Translations under genes and position numbers: made by a program | Shown: positions 38,825 to 46,455 of the stretch, one piece after another | Position numbering within the stretch: the first letter of the stretch is position 1 | How the letters are laid out: each line of letters starts with the position of its first letter | Notes under the pieces: model-generated | The model's input: only the letters and a program-made list of their open reading frames with translations | Told to the model about the DNA's origin: nothing | Database searches by the model: none | Assembly: GCA_051439505.1 (NCBI GenBank) | Contig: JBFRWI010000024.1 | Location: forward strand, 1-50,715 | Reading direction: 5' to 3' | DNA length: 50,715 nucleotides | From: Hormoscilla sp. | GTDB taxonomy: Bacteria; Cyanobacteriota; Cyanobacteriia; Cyanobacteriales; Desertifilaceae

Positions 38825-39187
38825 GTGCTTTTAACCGGCAAGCGTACCGAACTGTGGGCAGATGTCGCCGATGAGCTATGGAACGACTGGCAGTGGCAAC
38901 TCGGTCATCGTCTGAACAGTTTACAACAGCTTCGAGAACTGATTCGCCTTACCCCCGAAGAGGAAGAGGGGCTAAGTGCTGAGGGCAAATTCCATGTCGA
39001 TATCACCCCTTATTTTGCCAGTCTCATAGATCCCGAGGATCCTCACTGCCCAATTCGCCGCCAAGTGATACCATTAGCTCGCGAGCTGAAAATGTTTGAA
39101 GGGATGAGTGTTGACAGCCTGGAGGAAGACGAGCAAAGTCCAGTTCCCGGTCTCGTTCATCGTTATCCCGATCGAGTTAGGAGTTAG
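38825..39187 (+). pseudogene. kamA: lysine 2,3-aminomutase (KamA/EpmB family) N-terminal fragment
   Basis: WNDWQWQL, ITPYFASLID, CPIRRQVIP, SPVPGLVHRYPDRV, then stop before the radical SAM CxxxCxxC motif. Confidence 0.85.
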
Positions 39188-39283
39188 GGATCCTCCGCAG
39201 TCGGGTAGAGGCGGGCAATGCTTTCCATAACCTGCTTGGTGGGGCCATCTGTGATGCCTTATTTTTGGTAGTCCCCGCTCATA

Positions 39284-39454
39284 TTGGATGCGCCCCAGCA
39301 AGACAATAAGCCAATGTAAGCTTACAATAAGCCAATGTAAACGGGGGTGTAGGAGCAGTAGTTGCACAAGGAGCCCCCCCAACCCCCCCGTGGCGGGCGG
39401 TTGGGGGAGGGGGACTCCTCAGACTTGGGGGACTCCTCAGACTTGGATGCGCCC
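39284..39454. repeat. repeat debris after the kamA breakpoint
   Basis: ttggatgcgccc x2, acaataagccaatgtaa x2, gggggactcctcagactt x2, C/G-rich hairpin. Confidence 0.65.
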
Positions 39455-39584
39455 GTGTAATTTTACTGAACCATTGTCGTTTGATCTAACACGATCGGAA
39501 ATTTGTCTCAGATATTCTGCCAGCTATGTTTCTCAGACAACTCACTTCCTCGATCTTACTGTCTAGTTACTCAATTCAGTCATT

Positions 39585-40586
39585 ATGGTTGACATTTCTG
39601 ACAAGTTTTCCACCAAGGAGTTGAAATCTTTCATCGGGAAAGATTTGATTACACTCAAAGATTACTCACCAGCAGAAATCCGAACGGTATTAGAATTAAG
39701 TCATCAAATCAGAGAGCATGACAAAACCAAATTTAGTCATCTGGCGGCAGGCAAAAACATCGCCCTCTTATTTGAAGTTCCTTCTCTGAGAACACGATCG
39801 GCATTCTCAGTAGCGATCAAAGAAATAGGAGGACTCGTCGAATATTATTCTCCGAATGCTATTCATCATGATGAATCTTTGCCAGATGTTGCCAGAGTAA
39901 TATCCAAATTTTTCGATTTGATAATTTACCGGACCAAATCTGACGAAAGTATTGAGACCCTGGCAGAATATGCAGAAATACCAGCGATCAATGCGATGTC
40001 ACCGATGTTTCATCCAGTGCAGGCACTTACGGATATCCTGACGATACAGACATACTGCAAAAATCAGAGTCAAATTAAGATTATCAATTTTGGTAACGAA
40101 AGTAATGTTTCCAACAGTCTTATGATTGCTGCGGTAAAATCCGGGTATGATTATATTGCTGTGGCACCAAAAGAGTTTCTGCCCGATCGGGGACTTGTAT
40201 CGGAACTGAATCAGATCGGGAAACAGACAGGTTCGCAAATATCAGTGACCGATGATATGCAGAGCGAATTATTGGCGGATGCTGATGTAGTATATACGGA
40301 TGCCTGGACGCTGTTCGCTAAAACTAAAGAAGAAAATGAGCGGAGATACAAAAAACTGGAACCCTACAGAGTAACAACGGAGGTAATGAACCGCGTTGGC
40401 AAAGAAAACAGTATTTACATGCACTGCCTGCCTGCCGAACATAGTTCTGAACATCCCCTGGAAGTTACAAATGATGTGTTTGAAAGCAAGGCATCGGTGG
40501 TTTTTGAGCAGGCAGCAAATAAACTGTATGTTGTCAAGGCGCTGATAGCACTGATTTTTGACAGGGCTGAAAGCATCTTGTTATAA
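39585..40586 (+). CDS. ornithine carbamoyltransferase-family enzyme, atypical
   Basis: FEVPSLRTR, HPVQALTD, MHCLPA, QAANK; lacks the DxxxSMG ornithine motif (reads YTDAWTLF). Confidence 0.85.
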   Translation: MVDISDKFSTKELKSFIGKDLITLKDYSPAEIRTVLELSHQIREHDKTKFSHLAAGKNIALLFEVPSLRTRSAFSVAIKEIGGLVEYYSPNAIHHDESLPDVARVISKFFDLIIYRTKSDESIETLAEYAEIPAINAMSPMFHPVQALTDILTIQTYCKNQSQIKIINFGNESNVSNSLMIAAVKSGYDYIAVAPKEFLPDRGLVSELNQIGKQTGSQISVTDDMQSELLADADVVYTDAWTLFAKTKEENERRYKKLEPYRVTTEVMNRVGKENSIYMHCLPAEHSSEHPLEVTNDVFESKASVVFEQAANKLYVVKALIALIFDRAESILL

Positions 40587-40636
40587 AAAACTGTTGCAGG
40601 TGGGATGATTTGGGAATTTTCGATATAAGATATGTA

Positions 40637-40737
40637 GGGTGCATCTCATATTTGCTTAGCCGCCCGAACCCTAAAGGGCCCGGCTACACGAACAAAGCCC
40701 GCCTGCGCGGGCTAGATTACAAAAGTGCAGTGTACCC
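40637..40737. mobile_element. 101-bp MITE-like element with 8-bp TSD
   Basis: Ends gggtgcatctca...tgcagtgtaccc; gatatgta on both flanks; internal family C repeat. Confidence 0.7.
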
Positions 40738-40774
40738 GATATGTAGTTAGACAAACACAAGGATTGACATTCAC

Positions 40775-41851
40775 ATGCAGAGCACGCAAGCAAACCCACT
40801 CACAGCAGTGAACTACGATGAAGTCGAGCAGCAATTCATCACATTGCTGGAAATAGAAGATCTAGATAAGCAAGTGGCTGTAGATCCAGATATGGTTCGG
40901 GACTTTGAAGAGGCGATCGCAGCCGCGATATCAGCAGCTTACCAATGGGGGGATGATGCCGCACATCTTTTTTTACAACGGGTGCTTTATCGCATAAATC
41001 GGTTGAAGTTCTTTTGGTACGATGATTTGCAGCGCTACACCAACGAGAAATCGGTTTACTTGCAGAGGGTACTACAGAGGGTTGAGGCTGTTTGGCAGGA
41101 ATGGGAGTTAGCACAAACACAAATAGACGTGGCGGCGTTGCAAACAGAGAATGTCAAGCAGGGACTGATCGATCGGGCGGCAGTTGATGTCGATCCGCCA
41201 ATTTCTGCTAATGGCAAGTTTTTTCGAGACCAGATGACGGAGGCAGGGTATCGCCAACTGGTGGCGATCGCCTCTCTGGATGGTCTCGTGGAGGCGAGCG
41301 ATGTTTCTCGAATTTTGGGAGGTGTCGCTAATGACGTGCATTCAGTGCTGACGCGGTTATTGCTGGAAGAGTACGGTGGCGGTAATCTTAAGCGCAAGCA
41401 CTCTTCCTATTTTGCCACCATGCTTGGGGAACTGGATATGAATCTTGAGCCCGAGGCATATTTTGATTTAGTGCCTTGGGAATTACTGGCATCTCTCAAC
41501 CATGCCTTTTTACTTAGCGATCGCAAGCGCTATTTCCTGCGTTACATTGGCGGACTGCTGTACTTCGAGACTTCCGTACCAGCAGCTTTTAGCAACTACC
41601 AAGCTGCTGGTATGAGGCTGGGACTTTCATCCGATGCAACTGCTTACTGGAATTTGCACATTAAGGTCGATGAACTGCACGGACGCTGGATGTTAAATGA
41701 TGTTGCCCTGCCCCTTGTGGACCGGTACCCCGATCGTGCCTGGGAACTACTGTTTGGGTACGACCAGAAGCGGTTGATTAGTTCTCGTGCCAGTGCCTCC
41801 GTAGCACGGTCAGTACGTGAAGTAGATCTCCCTGCCACATCTAATGTTTAA
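40775..41851 (+). CDS. heme-oxygenase-like diiron oxidase (iron-containing redox enzyme family)
   Basis: LLEEYGGG...KHSSYF, LYFE, YWNLHIKVDELH candidate diiron ligand motifs. Confidence 0.85.
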   Translation: MQSTQANPLTAVNYDEVEQQFITLLEIEDLDKQVAVDPDMVRDFEEAIAAAISAAYQWGDDAAHLFLQRVLYRINRLKFFWYDDLQRYTNEKSVYLQRVLQRVEAVWQEWELAQTQIDVAALQTENVKQGLIDRAAVDVDPPISANGKFFRDQMTEAGYRQLVAIASLDGLVEASDVSRILGGVANDVHSVLTRLLLEEYGGGNLKRKHSSYFATMLGELDMNLEPEAYFDLVPWELLASLNHAFLLSDRKRYFLRYIGGLLYFETSVPAAFSNYQAAGMRLGLSSDATAYWNLHIKVDELHGRWMLNDVALPLVDRYPDRAWELLFGYDQKRLISSRASASVARSVREVDLPATSNV

Positions 41852-41881
41852 ATTCATGCCCGATCGAGTCGTGCAACCTTC

Positions 41882-42850
41882 TCAATTATTTTGCACGACA
41901 ACCAACTTATCATCGGGTTTTTCTCCCCCTTGACCCGACTTCGCCAGGTATATCCCCGTCAATATTACCCCAAAAGCCAAGCAGTTGACAATATTTAACT
42001 TTTCCGCAAAGATGGCAGTGGCAAGGATAGCAGCTATCACGGGGTCGAGTAACAAGACGAGGGAAACAAATCCTGATGAAAATCGCTTGAGGCTATAGAA
42101 TAAAAGCCCAGTACCGATGATATTACATAAAATTGCTTGGGAGATTACTGCCAACCACACGAACCAGGATGAGGGAAAAATTCTCTCTCCTCCGAAGACC
42201 ATGAATGGCAGCATCAAGGAAGTTGCGAGTACATAAGACCACAGCAGAATAGTTGTTGCTGAAAACTTGGTTCTCAATGGTTCTGTACTCAGATAGCAGC
42301 CAGCATAAAAGATCGCTGAAAGTAAGGCTAAAGCATCACCGGTTAGGCGATCGCCCATCGCCCCTTGCATATCCATAATCCCAATAACTGCCGTTCCGGT
42401 CAAAGCTAGGGCCATGCCGATCAGGAACCTGCGGTTAAAGCGATGATGCAAGAATAGCCATCCTCCTAATGTGGCAAAAATTGGAGTCATATTGTGCAGT
42501 AGATTAGAGTTAGCGACGCTGGTTTCAGTCAAAGACCAAGCCCAAGAGATGAAGCAAGCTATGCTAAAGATAGTTAGCAGGCTCAGAAGAGCTATATCCT
42601 TAATGGTGTAAGATACCTTTATTCCCCGATCGCCCCTTATAGTGGAAGCTATCCCTTTGAGTCCATAGGATATTCCCAGAACAACAGCAGCGATCAAATA
42701 GCGATCGAATATGACTGCATTAGGACTAATCTCCGTTTCACTCAAGCGGATGAAGATGGGGGAGAGGGAGATAAGCAGTACCCCGAAGAGTAATAAAATG
42801 AAATCGAACTTAGCTATTAGTTGCTGGGGGGATGATATCTGAATAGACAT
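41882..42850 (-). CDS. DMT/EamA family transporter
   Basis: About 10 TM helices, SLSPIFIR, TSVANSNLL..MTPIF, GDALAL, LLDPVIA. Confidence 0.92.
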   Translation of the reverse strand: MSIQISSPQQLIAKFDFILLLFGVLLISLSPIFIRLSETEISPNAVIFDRYLIAAVVLGISYGLKGIASTIRGDRGIKVSYTIKDIALLSLLTIFSIACFISWAWSLTETSVANSNLLHNMTPIFATLGGWLFLHHRFNRRFLIGMALALTGTAVIGIMDMQGAMGDRLTGDALALLSAIFYAGCYLSTEPLRTKFSATTILLWSYVLATSLMLPFMVFGGERIFPSSWFVWLAVISQAILCNIIGTGLLFYSLKRFSSGFVSLVLLLDPVIAAILATAIFAEKLNIVNCLAFGVILTGIYLAKSGQGGEKPDDKLVVVQNN

Positions 42851-42903
42851 GGTTTCTTAGAACTGGACTGGCTTGACAATCTGTCTATGCAGATTATAGC
42901 AGA

Positions 42904-43794
42904 TTATCTACTGGAAAAATTACCCGATCGGGGGATTAAGTCTGGCCAGAGTTCGGCAATACCGGTTTCTGCGGTCCTGGCAATAAATTTTTCCAGTAAT
43001 CTTGCCTTTTGGGTTTCCGAGAAATGCTTTTGCCAATCTCCCACTTTCCCTTTACGAATGAAAGGAATATCTGCTGGACGTTTGCTCGACCAACGACTTT
43101 GATTTTGGCTCATCTGTGCAAAACTACTATGATGTAGGATCAGATCGAGCATTTCTCCATCTTGAACTTTTGACGAATATTCAGGTCCTAAAAAATCAGC
43201 AATTGCCATAATTGCTTGCCGAGTATTTGCCTGCATCTGTTCGTAAGTGAGGAAAAGGACATTGGCATCTGCTTTATGCTCGTACCAAGCAAGGAGATGA
43301 TCGAAGTAATCTCCCGAATCTACTTCTCCGCGTATAAAGCATTCAAAAAATTGGTCAAATGTTCCTGCTGCAAAGTCATAGTGTTTGACGAACCCCTTGG
43401 TGTGATAGTAAAAAGAAACGACACAATCAAAAGGATTCCGAGCCACATAAATATATTTGGCCTCAGGATGAAAGGGTGTTAATTCATAGTCAAAGTGGGT
43501 TTTGATAAATCGGGGAGCCGCTACAGATGCAACAAATTCAGCACCTACGTCTTCCAAATGAGGAATTTCCAAGTTAATATCCTTGCCCACAGGTAAGGGT
43601 TGCCCATCATGGTTGAGCATCCAAACAATATGCTGAGTCCAAGTGGTTCCACACTTAGGATAAGTGACAATAAAGGCATCTCCCGGTTGAGCTTGATAGT
43701 TCAAAGCAGATGCAAAATTATCTACAGAAAATCCTATCGGGATCCGAAAACCTTGATAGATTTTGTAGCTTGGTTTCTGTTGAGGTTCTATCAT
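42904..43794 (-). CDS. PAPS-dependent sulfotransferase (Sulfotransfer_1)
   Basis: TYPKCGTTW (5'-PSB), KTH, RNPFDCVVS (3'-PB), FIRKGKVGDW. Confidence 0.93.
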   Translation of the reverse strand: MIEPQQKPSYKIYQGFRIPIGFSVDNFASALNYQAQPGDAFIVTYPKCGTTWTQHIVWMLNHDGQPLPVGKDINLEIPHLEDVGAEFVASVAAPRFIKTHFDYELTPFHPEAKYIYVARNPFDCVVSFYYHTKGFVKHYDFAAGTFDQFFECFIRGEVDSGDYFDHLLAWYEHKADANVLFLTYEQMQANTRQAIMAIADFLGPEYSSKVQDGEMLDLILHHSSFAQMSQNQSRWSSKRPADIPFIRKGKVGDWQKHFSETQKARLLEKFIARTAETGIAELWPDLIPRSGNFSSR

Positions 43795-43896
43795 AATTGT
43801 GAATTGTGAATTGTCAATGGATGATTGTCAGCGGGCTTTGTATCTGTGGTAGCAATGCCAAAGTGAGATGCAACGATCGCCTCCAGCTATCAGTAG

Positions 43897-44868
43897 CTAT
43901 GCTTGAGATGTTAAAACATGAACGGCCATGCGTTGGCTATCGTTTATAAAGTAATCTAAAGCCGCTAATCCTGCTTGCTTGGCCATACTCTGGAAAACTT
44001 CTACCGGATATTTATGTGAACTCAAAAGATGAAATTCCTCACCTTTGCTCAACTTAATAGGGGTGGCATCTAGCTCGAAATTCTGCGCTTCTGTGGCAAT
44101 GGCTTTGTGTTGAACACAATACTGAGAGGGTATCCACTCAAATTTGTAGATAAATGCACTCGGATCGAATCCTTGTACGGGTAAATCACGATTGATGAGA
44201 TGAAAAACACTCAAAACTATATTACTCACCGCTTGATTATTATATGCCAGCGCCAACGACTCTTTGTTCTGATTTGCATCTATCTCAACGATCAGCTTGC
44301 CATCATATCCTAAGACCTCAGAAACGGCTTGTAAGAAATCAATACACTGCTGGGGCTGCAAATTAGCAATTGTGCTTCCTTTGAAGAAAATAACAGGCAA
44401 TGTATAGTCTTTAACCCAATTTATTTCCTTAAAAAAGTCCTGATAGAGTGTTTTTACGCGGACTTCTGGCAGTTCCTTTTTCATCAGTTTTCGAGCATTG
44501 AGTAGATATTTATCACATAAATCCACCGGTACATATTGATGGATTTGAGGAACGGCTTTAAGGAAGGGAATGGTCTTGCCTACAAATGCCTTTTCCGTTC
44601 CAGGGCCTAATTCTATAATGGTTGCCTGTGGAGGCACATGAGCAGCTAACCGATCGGCAACTTTCTGGATTAAACTCACTTCATCCTGATACAAATAATA
44701 ATTAGGATCCTCATAGACGAACTTTTGATAATATTCTTCCCCGCGCACGGGGTCATCCTTGATGGAGGGGTTGGGGGTATTATAGATGTAAGAAGCTAAA
44801 TTACCTTCTTCCTGTCTTAAAAACAACGATTTTACAGCTTTCAAAAATTCTAAATTTGAAGTATCCAT
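43897..44868 (-). CDS. EgtD-like SAM-dependent amino-acid N-methyltransferase
   Basis: PNYYLYQDE, IIELGPG, YVPVDL, GSTIANL, LALAYN, SHKY; divergent N-terminal substrate region. Confidence 0.8.
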   Translation of the reverse strand: MDTSNLEFLKAVKSLFLRQEEGNLASYIYNTPNPSIKDDPVRGEEYYQKFVYEDPNYYLYQDEVSLIQKVADRLAAHVPPQATIIELGPGTEKAFVGKTIPFLKAVPQIHQYVPVDLCDKYLLNARKLMKKELPEVRVKTLYQDFFKEINWVKDYTLPVIFFKGSTIANLQPQQCIDFLQAVSEVLGYDGKLIVEIDANQNKESLALAYNNQAVSNIVLSVFHLINRDLPVQGFDPSAFIYKFEWIPSQYCVQHKAIATEAQNFELDATPIKLSKGEEFHLLSSHKYPVEVFQSMAKQAGLAALDYFINDSQRMAVHVLTSQA

Positions 44869-45136
44869 TGATGTCTCCTTTTTTTGACAATCGACTCTGC
44901 TCTAACTTAGCCAGTATTTTGAGTTCTTCCACATTATCTACATCAAGATCGAGGGCTGCTTTAAATACACGCGCTTTGTGTTGACCATCTGCATGATTTT
45001 GGTTAATTATACCTATTGTCTCGTTCCCTGACTCTGGCAGGGAACGCCTTTGGGAGGCACTGCCTCCTGTGAAAACCCGAGGCAGAGCCTCTGGAAATCG
45101 TTGCTAGCTAGAAACTAGCAACGAGGGGAATGTACA

Positions 45137-45388
45137 TTATAACAGTTCTCGCTTCATTTCCGATAAGGAGATAGTTTTACCTGCCTTAAATTCATCCCTT
45201 GCCTTCTGGATAATTGCTATAAATTCTGGATTTGTACTCAGCGATAATGACTCTAGATCGATATCTTTTATAGAAGATCCCGTTGCAATAGCTTTACCAT
45301 GTAATGTTAAAACAACCATATCTTGACTGAATTCTTCTGCCTAAGCATATAAAGGCTTGTCTGCTGTTGAAAGTTAGATCGTTTTCAT
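45137..45388 (-). pseudogene. inactivated duplicate of the antitoxin at 45730-45981
   Basis: MKTI*LSTADKPLYA*AEEFSQD...SEMKRELL, two in-frame stops. Confidence 0.85.
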
Positions 45389-45393
45389 TTTAA

Positions 45394-45618
45394 TTATACC
45401 TCTTGTCTTGTTTCCTGACTCTGGCAGGCAGCAGCATACAGCAAAGATTGTTTAATATCTTCTGCTTCTAGATCGGGGTACTCTTCTAAAATATCCTCCA
45501 CCGGTTTACCATTAGCCACCAAATTCACCATCAAAGACACGGGTATTCGCATTCCCCGGATGCAAGCTTGTCCCGCCATTATTGGGGGATTAAATGTAAT
45601 CCTGTCAAATCCTAACAT
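45394..45618 (-). CDS. DUF433 antitoxin-like protein, C-terminus fused to repeat sequence
   Basis: FDRITFNP.IMAGQACIRGMRIPV...EEYPDLE.EDI...L.YAA. Confidence 0.8.
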   Translation of the reverse strand: MLGFDRITFNPPIMAGQACIRGMRIPVSLMVNLVANGKPVEDILEEYPDLEAEDIKQSLLYAAACQSQETRQEV

Positions 45619-45729
45619 CTGTTTGTTCCTCCTCGAAAGACATAGATGGTGGGCGGTGCCCACTACAAAATCATAACTGGTTTTGACCACACCTGGTGGG
45701 CGGTGCCCACCCTACGAATTTAATAAATG

Positions 45730-45981
45730 CTATAACAGTTCTCGCTTCATTTCCGACAAGGAGATAGTTTTACCTGCCTTAAATTCATCCCTTGCTTTCT
45801 CGATAATTGCTATAAAATCGGGATTTGTACTAAGGGATAATGACTCTGGATCGATATCCTTTATAGAATATACAGTTGCGATTGCCTTACCATGTAATGT
45901 TAAAACCACCAGATCTTGACTGAATTCTTCTGCATAAGCAGATAAAGGCTTGGAAGCTCTAGAAAGTTCGATCGTTTTCAT
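45730..45981 (-). CDS. putative antitoxin (Phd/YefM-like)
   Basis: MKTIEL..A...LS.Y.....VVLT.HGKAIA; ATGA overlap with upstream toxin. Confidence 0.7.
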   Translation of the reverse strand: MKTIELSRASKPLSAYAEEFSQDLVVLTLHGKAIATVYSIKDIDPESLSLSTNPDFIAIIEKARDEFKAGKTISLSEMKRELL

Positions 45982-46280
45982 TTTAATTCTACCTCTTGAC
46001 CGCCAATAATTAATTTATTCCCCTCTTTTCGACCTACTGCTAGTATCCGCAATATATCTGGCTGTTCGGGAAGCACTTCATAGAAAATACGCAAATAATC
46101 AATGCGTAATTCCCAAGGTGCAATTGCATTTGGACGTAACAGCTTTCGGTTGCGCGTCTCAACCAAAGGTTCGTAGGTCAGTTGTTCCTCAATAGCATCA
46201 AAGACGATGGAGCGCTCTCTAGCAGATAAGTCCCTAAGTTGTTGTTTAACCGACTCGGCAAATTCGATAATATACGACAT
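45978..46280 (-). CDS. RelE/ParE-family toxin
   Basis: MSYIIEF...QL..L...ER..V...I..QL...P...WELRI.YLRIFY...ILAVGRK. Confidence 0.82.
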   Translation of the reverse strand: MSYIIEFAESVKQQLRDLSARERSIVFDAIEEQLTYEPLVETRNRKLLRPNAIAPWELRIDYLRIFYEVLPEQPDILRILAVGRKEGNKLIIGGQEVELK

Positions 46281-46455
46281 ATATGGATTATAGCTCAAAT
46301 CAGCTCGGAAAAAATCGATCGGCTTCAATTATAGCCCGCGCAGGCAGGCTTTGTTTGTGTAGCCACAGGTTTTAACCTGTGGCAGATGGTGGGCGGTGCC
46401 CACCCTACGCTACTGGTGAACGGTGCCCACTGGCAGATGGTGGGCGGTGCCCACC

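Noticed and set aside
39180..39584. Intron or intein interrupting kamA
   Set aside because: No downstream kamA exon, no intein Cys/His-Asn ends, no recognisable group I/II intron boundaries
39585..40586. Housekeeping argF
   Set aside because: Ornithine-binding SMG motif absent and accessory context, so the gene symbol is withheld
43897..44868. Ergothioneine biosynthesis egtD
   Set aside because: No egtB/egtC nearby and divergent substrate-binding region
40775..44868. Guanitoxin or saxitoxin gene cluster
   Set aside because: Only analogous enzyme classes are present; the PLP enzymes, kinase and sxtA-type core genes are absent from the window
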